Shown here: positions 35,643-44,731 of the stretch, one piece after another
Position numbering within the stretch: position 1 is the first letter of the stretch
Layout of the letters: each line of letters opens with the position of its first letter
Assembly (NCBI GenBank): GCA_038214505.1
Contig: JBBQRT010000008.1
Coordinates: forward strand, 805-64,804
Direction: 5' to 3'
Length of the DNA stretch: 64,000 nucleotides
Source of the DNA: Phycisphaerales bacterium
Lineage (GTDB): Bacteria > Planctomycetota > Phycisphaerae > Phycisphaerales > UBA1924
Notes under the pieces: generated by a model
Database searches by the model: none
Seen by the model: the letters and a program-made list of their open reading frames with translations, nothing else
What the model was told of the DNA's origin: nothing
Program-made: the position numbers and the translations under genes

Positions 35643-37901
35643 TTACTGCCGCGCCTGGGCCTTGGGGCTCTGGGCCACGGCCTTGGCCTTGAGCAGCACC
35701 AGCGCCGTCTGAAGCTGAACGTCCAGCCCGTCGGTGATGAGCTTGTCGGGGCTGGGCGCGGGCGTCCTGGGATCCACGATGACCCTGCCGTTCTGATCGA
35801 TGGGGAGCACGTCCGCGTCCTGACGGAGCTTGAGCGCATCGGCCATCACCTCCGGCAGCATCTCGACCTTCATGTGCGGGTCGACACCCCAGACCGATGC
35901 GCCGGGCTTGCGGTGAAGGATCCGGCCGTCGGGCAGCTTGTAGTACTGCGTGGTGATCTTGATCTTGGCCTTGTTGGTCAGCGGCCAGACGTTCTGAACC
36001 GACCCCTTGCCGAAGGAGCGCTCGCCCACGACGATGGCGTTGATCTGTCCGATGTCGGCGTAGTGCCGGATCGCGCCCGAGACGATCTCGCTCGCCGAGG
36101 CCGAGCCCTCGTTGATGAGCACGGCCAGCGGGATGCCCTTGGCCAGTGCGCCCTCGGGACTGGCCTCGCGCTTCTCGCCCTGCATCGTGCCCTCGGTGGA
36201 GACGATCACGCCCTTGTCGATGAAGGTATTGCTGACCGAGACGGCCTCGGTGAGCAGGCCGCCGGGGTTAAAGCGGAGGTCCAGGATGAGCCCCGCGAGA
36301 CCCTTGTCGGCCTGCATCTGCTTGATGGCGGCGCGGAGATCGGCGGTGGTGTCCTCGGTGAACTGGGTGAGGCGGATATAGCCGATGCGGTTGTCGGGGT
36401 CTATGTACCAGTCCCAGGCATCCTCGCGGGCTCCGGTGCGCTTCCAGCCCTTGACGGAGGTGACGGGGATGATGGCACGAACGAGGTTGAAGTCGATGTC
36501 CTGGGTGACGGTCTTGCCGTCCTTGTCGGCCTGCTCGGTATCACGCTGCATGGTGACGGTCACGCGGCTGTTGGCCTCGCCGGTGATGAGGTCGACGGCC
36601 TGGTTGAGGCTGATCCCGTCGGCGGACTGGCCGTCGATCCTCTTGATCAGGTCGCCGGCCTTGATGCCGGCACGCTGGGCGGGTGTGCCCTCGAGGGGTG
36701 TGACGATCTTGATGAGCTGGGTGGCCTCGTCGATCTGGATCTGCACGCCGACCCCGACGAAGTTGCCCTGGGTCATGCGGTCGAAGCGGCGGAGCTCGTC
36801 GGGCCAGATGATGGCCGTGAACTCGTCGAGGCGGGACATCGAACCGTTGCCGAGCTCGTGGAGCAAAGCGTTGTCGGGAACGTTGATGGTCTTGGTGTTG
36901 GTCGCGAGCAGTCCGGTGAATAGCTCGTCGGCGGTGCCGCGGGTGGCGGTGAAGGCGGGGTCGGCGAGCCGGGTGTCCCAGGTGGAGAGATAGGCCAGGA
37001 ACGCGTCGAGCTTGGCCTGATTGGCGAGGCCCGGGAAGACGGCCTGGAGGTCGGTGGTTGTTGCGAAGGTTCGGAGGCTCTCGATACCGCCGGCGAGGAC
37101 GTCCTTGAGCGGCTTGCGGTCGATCTGCTGGTTGGCCGCGTTGACGATCGCGGTGCGGACCATTCCGCTCGAGATGAACTCGATCTTCTTGACGTAGTTC
37201 TCGCCGAGGTTGTTGTACGGCGGCAGGGGCGACTTGCCGGCCTTGACGCGCTCGTCGTTGCGGAGTTTCCAGAACTCCTGCGGGGCGTATAGGCGGATCA
37301 TCGACAGCCGGAGGCCCAGGCGGCGGACGTCGGCCTTGTAGATGCCCTCTTCCTCGAGCAGGGCGTTGAGTCGGAAGAACAGCTCGTTGGCCGTGAACCA
37401 TCGACCCTTGGCCTCGGCCGCCTTGGCCGCGGTGTCGGCGCGGGAGATGAGATCGCGGGTGCGGGGCTCGGCCTTGAATGCGGCCTTGTCGGTGCGGAGC
37501 CAGTGGAGACCAACGGCCTCCTTGAGCGCTTCGGACAGCGATTCCGCGTCCGGTTTGGTCAGAAGCTCGTCGAGCTTCTTGCTTGTTTCGGTGATCTTCT
37601 CGGCCCGCGTCGCCTCGCGCTTGGCCAGATTCCGTTCAAGCAGGTCGACCGAGGCGCGGAGGTCGCTGACCTCGCTGGCCGTGCTATCGACGGGCAGGCC
37701 CTTGAGGGCGGCGATCGCGGCGTCTGCCTTGCCGAGCCGGGCATCGGCCCAGGCACGAGTCGAGGCGTCGGCGAGGGTCGTGGATTGAGCGATAACCGGC
37801 GGGGCGACGGCGGCCGCCTGCCCGAGCGCAGCATGGGCCGGGAACAGGCCCGCGGAGAGCATCAGGGCGATCAGCGTCGGACGGATCGAACGATTCTTCA
37901 T
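35643..37901 (-). CDS. S41 family C-terminal processing peptidase with PDZ domain and long N-terminal extension
   Basis: Start at ATG 37899-37901 (MKNRSIRPTLIALMLSAGLFPAHA signal peptide, AGGAG SD). PDZ GVGVQIQID...PLEGTPAQRAGIKAGDLIKRIDG. S41 core LILDLRFNPGGLL, LINEGSASASEIVSG (Ser), GERSFGKGSVQ (Lys). Confidence 0.9.
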   Translation of the reverse strand: MKNRSIRPTLIALMLSAGLFPAHAALGQAAAVAPPVIAQSTTLADASTRAWADARLGKADAAIAALKGLPVDSTASEVSDLRASVDLLERNLAKREATRAEKITETSKKLDELLTKPDAESLSEALKEAVGLHWLRTDKAAFKAEPRTRDLISRADTAAKAAEAKGRWFTANELFFRLNALLEEEGIYKADVRRLGLRLSMIRLYAPQEFWKLRNDERVKAGKSPLPPYNNLGENYVKKIEFISSGMVRTAIVNAANQQIDRKPLKDVLAGGIESLRTFATTTDLQAVFPGLANQAKLDAFLAYLSTWDTRLADPAFTATRGTADELFTGLLATNTKTINVPDNALLHELGNGSMSRLDEFTAIIWPDELRRFDRMTQGNFVGVGVQIQIDEATQLIKIVTPLEGTPAQRAGIKAGDLIKRIDGQSADGISLNQAVDLITGEANSRVTVTMQRDTEQADKDGKTVTQDIDFNLVRAIIPVTSVKGWKRTGAREDAWDWYIDPDNRIGYIRLTQFTEDTTADLRAAIKQMQADKGLAGLILDLRFNPGGLLTEAVSVSNTFIDKGVIVSTEGTMQGEKREASPEGALAKGIPLAVLINEGSASASEIVSGAIRHYADIGQINAIVVGERSFGKGSVQNVWPLTNKAKIKITTQYYKLPDGRILHRKPGASVWGVDPHMKVEMLPEVMADALKLRQDADVLPIDQNGRVIVDPRTPAPSPDKLITDGLDVQLQTALVLLKAKAVAQSPKAQARQ

Positions 37902-38160
37902 TCCACGCTCCTGCCGGACAGTCATGGTCGACATTCGGGCGATGCGGTCGGTACTCAGTTCGTGCTCAGCAGGTCGGTCCGATCCACTCAGGGGACGGAT
38001 CAGACACCGAAAATCCAAGATCAGGGCGGGCCACTGTACCGGCTCTGACGCTTGGGAAGACGTCGTCGTATCCTACCGATTCCCTGACACGGCGTTGCGG
38101 TTCCGGGGGCAAACCGACGACTCGCATCAAACCCGTAGACGGTTGAGAAACGCGTTTCCG

Positions 38161-39432
38161 TCATATGCGCCGGCGGGCCCGGAACACCGCAACCAGCACC
38201 ACGAGCCCGGCCAGCAAGAAGGCCAGGGCGATCATGGTGATATCGCGGGAGCCCGAGGGAATCGTTCCCGCGGATGCGAGCCCGGCCGCGAGCAGACCCA
38301 GCATGGGTCCGACGGCGTAGCCGGTGCCGATCGCGGCCTCGTGCATGCCGCCGGCATCGACGCCCGAGTCGGAGACCTCCATCGCGTAGTAGAGGGCCGC
38401 GCAGTAGATCACGCCCATGCCCACGCCGAACGCCAGCAGGGAAGCGATCAGTGTTGGTAGGGCGAGGCCGGCGGGAAGCTGCGGGGCGAGAACGACGCCA
38501 GCGAAGGAGAGCACGAGCACGCCGCCGCCGGCGGCGATGGGCCACCAGCGGCCGTGCCAGCCGTGCCAGCGTTCCATCAGGAAGAACGCCGCCACGCGGG
38601 CGGCGGGCCAGACGGCGGCGACGGGCAGCTTCCAGCCCTCAGGGATTTTGAGGCTCGCGAGCGTCGTGGGGAGGATGGGGGAGATGACCGACATCAGCAT
38701 GAACGAGGTGGGCAGGAGCAGGCGGCAGACAGTCAACAGCCGGGCATAGATGGGCGGGGCGGCGGAGTGGTCCTCGTGGGCGTGTTGGCCCGGCGAGGGT
38801 CGGAAGCTCAGCAGCAGCAGGCCCGCGCAGCCCGCGTGGAGGAACGAGAGGAAGAGCAGCACCAGCAGCGAGTGCCCTTCGACCGCGGGCCCCATGAGCA
38901 CGAGCGTGACGACGATCGACGATGACCAGGTGATGTTGAACTTGCCTGTTGCGGATCGCAGGCCGGCCCCGGAGCGGCCGCCGGCGAGGTACGACTCGAC
39001 GTTGGCCCAAAGCATGCCCGAGAGCGGGCTGTAGACGGCCACGGCGACCCAGAGCGGCCAGGCACCCGGCAGCCCGGCCCGATCAGCAAGCCACGGCAGG
39101 GCACATACGGCCCCCATGCCGAGCATCAGGCCCACAAGGAGCGAGCGGGGACTTACGCCCGACCGCTGGAGGCGGCGGAGGGCGGGGCCGACGTAGAACG
39201 CGGCGGGGATGTAGACGACGCCGTAGAGCAGGCCGAGGCCGAAGCGCTGGAAGTCGTCGAAGCCGTACTGGCTCTTGGCGATGAAGAACAGGCCGGAGTA
39301 GACGATCGCCGAGCCGGCGGAGTTCAGGAAGGTGAACAGCAATATGGCCCACAACGGCGTGATCTGGCGGGCGGGGGCGTCGCGCGGTCCGGGGTTCGTG
39401 GGCGTGCGGGCGGCGTGCGGGGCGGCGGTCAT
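38161..39432 (-). CDS. MFS transporter
   Basis: About 12 predicted hydrophobic helices. Organisation typical of the major facilitator superfamily (LFTFLNSAGSAIVYSGLFF..., loop PALRRLQRSG). Substrate unknown. Confidence 0.8.
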   Translation of the reverse strand: MTAAPHAARTPTNPGPRDAPARQITPLWAILLFTFLNSAGSAIVYSGLFFIAKSQYGFDDFQRFGLGLLYGVVYIPAAFYVGPALRRLQRSGVSPRSLLVGLMLGMGAVCALPWLADRAGLPGAWPLWVAVAVYSPLSGMLWANVESYLAGGRSGAGLRSATGKFNITWSSSIVVTLVLMGPAVEGHSLLVLLFLSFLHAGCAGLLLLSFRPSPGQHAHEDHSAAPPIYARLLTVCRLLLPTSFMLMSVISPILPTTLASLKIPEGWKLPVAAVWPAARVAAFFLMERWHGWHGRWWPIAAGGGVLVLSFAGVVLAPQLPAGLALPTLIASLLAFGVGMGVIYCAALYYAMEVSDSGVDAGGMHEAAIGTGYAVGPMLGLLAAGLASAGTIPSGSRDITMIALAFLLAGLVVLVAVFRARRRI

Positions 39433-39531
39433 GATGGAGAGCGATCAGCCGGGGCGGCGAGGAGGCGAGCGGTGCCGGCACGGGCGTGCCCGAGCGGTAC
39501 GGGCGGCACTCGCGATCCGTCGCGAGCGTGG

Positions 39532-39560
39532 TTGCCTCTGGCGGGGGCCGATGGTAGCAT
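39532..39560 (+). promoter_or_regulatory. Candidate sigma-70 promoter for tRNA-Arg
   Basis: TTGCCT (39532-39537), 17-nt spacer, TAGCAT (39555-39560). The tRNA starts about 20 nt downstream. Confidence 0.5.
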
Positions 39561-39579
39561 CGCGCTGGAAAACGCTGTC

Positions 39580-39653
39580 GTGGTCGTAGCTCAACTGGAT
39601 AGAGCGCTGCCCTCCGAAGGCAGAGGTTGCAGGTTCGACTCCTGCCGACCATA
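39580..39653 (+). tRNA. tRNA-Arg (anticodon CCG)
   Basis: Manual cloverleaf: acceptor GTGGTCG/CGACCAT (G1-U72 wobble), D arm GCTC-AACTGGATA-GAGC, anticodon arm CTGCC-CTCCGAA-GGCAG, variable AGGTT, T arm GCAGG-TTCGACT-CCTGC, discriminator A. CCA is not encoded. Confidence 0.9.
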
Positions 39654-39743
39654 TTCGAGATTTCGCTTCGCGGCTGGTGGAGTTCTGAAGCCGCCGCGGC
39701 GGGCTTTATCGACTGGTCTTTGCCCGGCGGTACACTGGCGGGC

Positions 39744-40709
39744 ATGAAGCGCACGATACTGCCAGATGCCCGACGGTCGCCACGCTTTGCGGGTATTTCG
39801 ACGTTCTGTCGCTATCCGCGACTGGAGGATGTGCTTCCCGAGCATGCGCCGGTCGACTGGGCGATCTATGGCGTGCCGGTGGATGCGGGGGTGACGTATC
39901 GACCGGGGGCGAGGTTCGGGCCGCGGGCGGTGCGGGCCGAAAGCCAGTATGTCAAGCGGTACTCGATCGAGCAGGATGTGGATGTGTGCGAGGCGTTGAG
40001 CCTGGCGGATGCTGGGGACGCGCCGGTAGAGCCCTACGACCTGCGGGCCAGCGCGACGGCCCAGCTCGAGTTCGCAAAGGGGCTGGGGACGCCGGGGGTG
40101 ACGAGGCTGATGGCCGTCGGGGGCGACCACACGATCGCGTATGGCAACTTGCGCGCGACGTGGGAGCGGATGGGCTCGCCCAAGGGCGGCCTCGCGCTCG
40201 TGCACTTTGATTCGCATCTGGACACGATCGACGCCGTCTGGGGCGAGCGGTGGGGGCACGCATCGGTGTTTCGGCGAGCGATCGAGGACGGCGTGGTCGA
40301 TCCGGCGGCGATGATCTCGGTGGGCGTCAAGGGCCCCTTGAACTCGGCCAAGGATCTCGAGTATGCGAGGGGGCTGGGTGTCGAGCTGGTCATGTCGGAC
40401 CGGGCCCGGCGCGAGGGCGAGAGCCTGCTGAAGGCATTTGTCGGCCGGCTCAGGGGCCGCGCGGCGTACATCACCTTCGATATTGATTGCGTCGACCCGG
40501 CGTATGCGCCCGGCACGGGGACGCCGAGCGTGGGGGGGTTGAGCTCGGCGGAGGCGCTCGGGCTGCTGCGGGCGCTGCGGGGGATGACGGTCGCGGGGGC
40601 CGATGTTGTCGAGGTCCTGCCCGACCGCGATGTGGCTGGGATCACGGCACTCCTGGCGGCGCACGTGATGTTCGAGATTCTGTGTCTGGATGCCGTCGGC
40701 CGGCTGTAG
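39744..40709 (+). CDS. speB: Agmatinase (ureohydrolase family)
   Basis: Internal ATG 39744 of track ORF 39627..40709 (the upstream part overlaps the tRNA). GGDHTIAYG, LVHFDSHLDT, ITFDIDCVDPAYAPGTGTP..GGLS, VVEVLP: the Mn-binding motifs of the arginase/agmatinase fold. Confidence 0.9.
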   Translation: MKRTILPDARRSPRFAGISTFCRYPRLEDVLPEHAPVDWAIYGVPVDAGVTYRPGARFGPRAVRAESQYVKRYSIEQDVDVCEALSLADAGDAPVEPYDLRASATAQLEFAKGLGTPGVTRLMAVGGDHTIAYGNLRATWERMGSPKGGLALVHFDSHLDTIDAVWGERWGHASVFRRAIEDGVVDPAAMISVGVKGPLNSAKDLEYARGLGVELVMSDRARREGESLLKAFVGRLRGRAAYITFDIDCVDPAYAPGTGTPSVGGLSSAEALGLLRALRGMTVAGADVVEVLPDRDVAGITALLAAHVMFEILCLDAVGRL

Positions 40710-40806
40710 GGCGCGGGGACGGGCGGCTTGAAGCACGGATCGCCCGCCCGGAAGCCGCAGGGAAGTTCCGCTAGACTCCGCCCCGATCGCTTAGGAGAGT
40801 TCCCCC

Positions 40807-41343
40807 GTGACACCAAGCCACCCGCCCGGCCCGTCGATCATTTCGCCGCTGGTGGGCGTCATCATGGGTTCGAGCTCGGACTGGGAGACCATGCGGCATG
40901 CGGCGGACACGCTGGCGGCCCTTGGCGTGGCCCACGAGGTTCGGGTGGTTTCGGCGCATCGGACGCCCGACTTGCTGTTCGAGTACGCCGGCTCGGCCGA
41001 GGAGCGGGGGCTGAGGGTCATCATCGCGGGCGCGGGCGGTGCGGCCCACCTGCCGGGCATGTGCGCGAGCAAGACGGCCGTGCCGGTCCTGGGCGTGCCG
41101 GTGGAGAGCAAGACGCTGCACGGGATGGACTCGCTGCTCTCGATGGTGCAGATGCCCGCGGGGGTGCCGGTGGGGACGATGGCGATCGGGCGTGCGGGGG
41201 CGATCAACGCGGCGCTTCTTGCGGCCGGCATTCTGGCGGCGACCGATGCGGGTATTCGCAAGTCGGTGCACGAGTTCCGGGCCCGGCAGACGGCGGCCGT
41301 GCTGGAGCGACCCGACCCGCGCGTCGGCCCCGGGGGGCACTAG
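40807..41343 (+). CDS. purE: 5-(carboxyamino)imidazole ribonucleotide mutase
   Basis: GTG start with [21 protein letters not shown]...VVSAHRTPD...[23 protein letters not shown]. Confidence 0.95.
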   Translation: MTPSHPPGPSIISPLVGVIMGSSSDWETMRHAADTLAALGVAHEVRVVSAHRTPDLLFEYAGSAEERGLRVIIAGAGGAAHLPGMCASKTAVPVLGVPVESKTLHGMDSLLSMVQMPAGVPVGTMAIGRAGAINAALLAAGILAATDAGIRKSVHEFRARQTAAVLERPDPRVGPGGH

Positions 41344-41345
41344 GC

Positions 41346-42521
41346 ATGCCCGTCGGCGTCGATGAGGACACGATGATCGTGGGCGTGCTTGGCGGCGGGC
41401 AGCTCGGGCGCATGATGGCGCTTGCCGGGCTGCCGCTCGGGCTGCGGCTGAGGTTTCTCGACCCCGATCCCGGCTGCCCGGCGGCGGAGGCGGGCGAGCT
41501 GATCGTCGGGCGGTACGACGAGCCGGCGGCGCTGGAGCGGTTTGTCCGGGGCGTCGGCGTCGCGACCTACGAGTTCGAGAACGTGCCGGCCGCGGCGGCG
41601 CGGTGGTTGACCGAGCATGTGGCGGTCTTTCCGCCGCAGAACGCGTTGGCCGTTGCGCAGGACCGGGTGCTGGAGAAGCGGTGCTTCCGCTCTCTTGGGA
41701 TCGGCACGGCGGAGTTCGAGGAGGTCGATACGCTGGGCGGGCTTGAAGCGGCGGTCGGCAAGCTCGGGACGCCCTGTGTGCTCAAGACTCGACGGTTCGG
41801 CTACGACGGCAAGGGGCAGGCGGTGATCCGCACGCCTTCGGATGTTCGCGCCGCGTGGGACGCGGTGGTCGGGACGCGGACGGAAGATGCGGACCTCGAG
41901 CTCGAGGCGATGGTGGAGTTCGACCGCGAGCTCTCGATCATCGGCGTTCGCGGGCGCGACGGGCGGATGGCCTTCTATCCTGCGATCGAGAACTCGCACT
42001 CGGGCGGGATCCTGTCGTTCTCGGTGGCCCCGGCGCCGGGGCTGGGCGAGGCCCGCCAGCAAGAGCTCGAGCGGGCCTGTGGACGGGTGATGGAACACCT
42101 CGACTACGTCGGCGTGCTCACGATCGAGTTCTTCGAGCTCGCCGGCGGCGGCCTTCTGGCCAACGAGATGGCCCCGCGGGTGCACAACTCGGGGCACTGG
42201 AGCATCGAGGGGGCCGAGTGCTCGCAGTTCGAGAACCACCTCCGGGCGGTCTGCGGCCTGCCGCTGGGCTCGACGCGGATGGCCGGCTCGGAGACCGACG
42301 GGCCCGGGGGCGTGAGCATGATGTTCAACATCGTCGGCCGGGCGCCGGCGTCGCGGGAGATCCTCGCGATCCCGGGGGCCCGGCTGCACATGTATGGGAA
42401 GGCCGAGCGGGCCGGGCGGAAGCTGGGGCACGTGACGCTGTGCGCCGACACGTTCGCTGGGCTGCAGCGCCGGGCCGCGGCGGTTAGGAGCGTGCTGGAG
42501 CGGGCCGGCGGCCGGCCGTGA
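41346..42521 (+). CDS. purK: 5-(carboxyamino)imidazole ribonucleotide synthase (ATP-grasp)
   Basis: In-frame ATG 41346 in track ORF 40728..42521. VGVLGGGQLGRMMALAG..LG, TYEFENVP, VLKTRRFGYDGKGQ, ELSIIGVRGRDG..AFYP..EN.H.GGIL, NEMAPRVHNSGHW. Confidence 0.92.
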   Translation: MPVGVDEDTMIVGVLGGGQLGRMMALAGLPLGLRLRFLDPDPGCPAAEAGELIVGRYDEPAALERFVRGVGVATYEFENVPAAAARWLTEHVAVFPPQNALAVAQDRVLEKRCFRSLGIGTAEFEEVDTLGGLEAAVGKLGTPCVLKTRRFGYDGKGQAVIRTPSDVRAAWDAVVGTRTEDADLELEAMVEFDRELSIIGVRGRDGRMAFYPAIENSHSGGILSFSVAPAPGLGEARQQELERACGRVMEHLDYVGVLTIEFFELAGGGLLANEMAPRVHNSGHWSIEGAECSQFENHLRAVCGLPLGSTRMAGSETDGPGGVSMMFNIVGRAPASREILAIPGARLHMYGKAERAGRKLGHVTLCADTFAGLQRRAAAVRSVLERAGGRP

Positions 42522-42612
42522 TCGCGGAGGCACGGATGTTTCATCGAGCGTGCCCGCGTGCGCAGGAGATTTGTGGGGCCTCGGCAAAGCGGCGGCGGGT
42601 ATTGTCAGGGGT

Positions 42613-43116
42613 ATGCCCAACGTCACCATCCGACCTGCGACCCCGGCCGATATCGCCCTGATCCTCAGGCTCATCCGCGCCCTGGCTGAGTATGAGCGCG
42701 AGCCGCAGGCGGTGGAGACGACCGAGGCGATGCTCCGCGACGGGCTGTTCGGCCGGGGCGTGGGCAATGGGGACCGGGGTCCGAGCGCCGAGTGTGTCGT
42801 CGGCGAGGTCGATGGGGTGCCGCGGGGGTTCGCGGTGTTCTTCCACAACTATTCGACTTGGAAGGGGCGCAGCGGCCTGTATCTCGAGGACCTGTTCGTC
42901 GAGCCCGAGGCCCGGGGCGTGGGGCTTGGCAAGGCGCTGCTGGTCCACCTGGCGGGGATCGCCGTTGCGCGCGGGTGCGGGCGGTTCGAGTGGACGGTGC
43001 TGGACTGGAACACGCCGGCGATCGAGTTCTACACGGGGCTTGGCGCGAAGGCGATGGAGGAGTGGACGATCTATCGCGTCGGCGGCGAAGCGCTCGGGAC
43101 GTTGGCGGGGCGATGA
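42613..43116 (+). CDS. GNAT family N-acetyltransferase (diamine/spermidine acetyltransferase-like)
   Basis: Internal ATG 42613. IRPATPADIALILRLIRALAEYE...FAVFFHNYSTWKGRSGLYLEDLFVEPEARGVGLGKALL...RFEWTVLDWNTPAIEFY. Confidence 0.88.
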   Translation: MPNVTIRPATPADIALILRLIRALAEYEREPQAVETTEAMLRDGLFGRGVGNGDRGPSAECVVGEVDGVPRGFAVFFHNYSTWKGRSGLYLEDLFVEPEARGVGLGKALLVHLAGIAVARGCGRFEWTVLDWNTPAIEFYTGLGAKAMEEWTIYRVGGEALGTLAGR

Positions 43117-43147
43117 GTGGGGGGCGGAGGAGGGATCGGGCGGGCGA

Positions 43148-43651
43148 TTAGGTCTGGTCGCACGTGCCGCAGGTTCCGTGGAGGACGGCGTCGCGCTGGC
43201 TAAGGGTGCGTGCGTCGGCGGGCTTGTCCTTAGACTTGATCACGACCTCGGCGCCCTCGAGGCACTCGACCTTGCCGCAGGAGTCGCAGACGAAGTGGGG
43301 GTGCTCGTGGACGTGGTGGTGCTCGGAGCAGCGGGCATGGTCGGTGAGCGAGAAGCGGAAGACCCGGTCGCCGGGATCAACGCGGTGGGCGAGGCCGGCG
43401 TCGACCAGCGAGTTGAGCGTGCGGTAGACCGTGACACGGTCGGGTTTCCGCGGCTTCGCGGCCCGGGCCGGCGTCGGGGCCGAGATGACGGCGTCGTACA
43501 CCTGCTGGGCGTTGAGGGCCTGGCCCGCGTGCTCCATCGCGGCGAGAATGGCAAGGCGGACGTCGGTCACGCGGAGCGCGGACCGTCGGAGCATGTCCGC
43601 ATGATGATCGGATTCGACCGGCGCGGGCTTGGAGGGACGCTTGGCGACCAT
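43148..43651 (-). CDS. Fur family transcriptional regulator (Zur-like by context)
   Basis: LRVTDVRLAILAAMEH...RVTVYRTLNSLVDAGLAHRV (wHTH), His/Cys metal sites CSEHHHVHEHPHFVCDSCGKVEC and HGTCGTC. Lies immediately downstream of folE2, a classic Zur-regulon gene. Start at ATG 43649-43651. Confidence 0.82.
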   Translation of the reverse strand: MVAKRPSKPAPVESDHHADMLRRSALRVTDVRLAILAAMEHAGQALNAQQVYDAVISAPTPARAAKPRKPDRVTVYRTLNSLVDAGLAHRVDPGDRVFRFSLTDHARCSEHHHVHEHPHFVCDSCGKVECLEGAEVVIKSKDKPADARTLSQRDAVLHGTCGTCDQT

Positions 43652-43699
43652 TGCAGGGAGAGTGTAGGGGCCGGGAGCGGGGCCCGGAAGCACCCGGGC

Positions 43700-44668
43700 T
43701 CAGCGGCGCTTGTCGCGGGCGATCTGGGCGTAGGCGTTGTGGCTGTGGATGCTCTCGAAGTTCTCGCTGGAAATCTCGTAGCTCAAGATCCGTTCGTCGC
43801 GTTCGAGCGCGACGGCCAGGTCGCGGATGATGTCCTCGACGAACTTCGGGTTGTCGTACGCCTGCTCGGTCACCCACTTCTCGTCGGGCCGCTTGAGGAC
43901 GGCGAAGACCGGGCAGCTGGCCGCCCCCTCGGCGATGGTGACGATCTCCTCGATCCACATCAGGCCCTTGGTGCGGACGCGGGCCTCGATCTCGCAGCGC
44001 TGGTTATGCGCTCCGTAATCGGAGATCTCCTTCGAGCATGGGCAGAGGCTCGTCGCTGGGGCGGCGACGGAGATCAGAAGGTCGTTCTTCTTCGGGTCGC
44101 GGCTGGCGGTGCACTCGAACTTGACCTTGTAGTCCATCAGACCGGGCGTTCCCGTGACGGGGGCGGGCTTGCGGACGAAGTAGACGAAGCTGGCCTCGAA
44201 GTGGGCCTCCTCGGCGGAGAGACGCAGGCGGATCTTCTCGGTGATACTCGGGATGTCCTGCGGCGAGAAGGCCTCGGTGTGGGCGTTGAGCACCTCGAGA
44301 AACCGGCTCATGTGCGTGCCCTTCTGGTAGTGGGGCAGGGAGACGTACATATTGATCGTCGCCGTGGTGGTCTGCTCGCCGGCGACCTCCTCGCCGGACC
44401 ACTTCGCGAAGGCGGGGACCTTCATGCGCATGGGGTAGCGGACGTCTTTGACGCCCACACGGTCGATCGCGACGTTGCGCGGGTCTTGCGAGGACTGGAT
44501 GTCGACCATCTGCTGCTTGGCGGTGGGCTTGTGCCGACCGTTCAACGCGGGGGGGTTCCCCGGTTCGGTGGCGGTGTCATCATTGGGCATACGGCTGGCG
44601 GAGATCACGCGGCTACCCTTTCGAAGAGGGGGAGTTTTCGCCCGAACCGATTCGCGTTTCTTCGCCAT
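43700..44668 (-). CDS. folE2: GTP cyclohydrolase FolE2 (type IB)
   Basis: DRVGVKDVRYPM, MYVSLPHYQKGTHMSRF, TSLCPCSKEISDYGAHNQR, AVLKRPDEKWVTEQAYDNPKFVEDIIRD. Confidence 0.92.
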   Translation of the reverse strand: MAKKRESVRAKTPPLRKGSRVISASRMPNDDTATEPGNPPALNGRHKPTAKQQMVDIQSSQDPRNVAIDRVGVKDVRYPMRMKVPAFAKWSGEEVAGEQTTTATINMYVSLPHYQKGTHMSRFLEVLNAHTEAFSPQDIPSITEKIRLRLSAEEAHFEASFVYFVRKPAPVTGTPGLMDYKVKFECTASRDPKKNDLLISVAAPATSLCPCSKEISDYGAHNQRCEIEARVRTKGLMWIEEIVTIAEGAASCPVFAVLKRPDEKWVTEQAYDNPKFVEDIIRDLAVALERDERILSYEISSENFESIHSHNAYAQIARDKRR

Positions 44669-44731
44669 GGCTTTCGGAGGATAGGTCTGTATCGATGCAG
44701 GGCCGGGGCGGTCAGTTTCAACGAATCCGCG

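Noticed and set aside
44669-44731. Searched for a Zur/Fur box upstream of folE2
   Set aside because: The only palindrome is the short atcgat. Nothing resembles a 7-1-7 or 9-1-9 AT-rich Fur-family operator, so no regulatory site is claimed.
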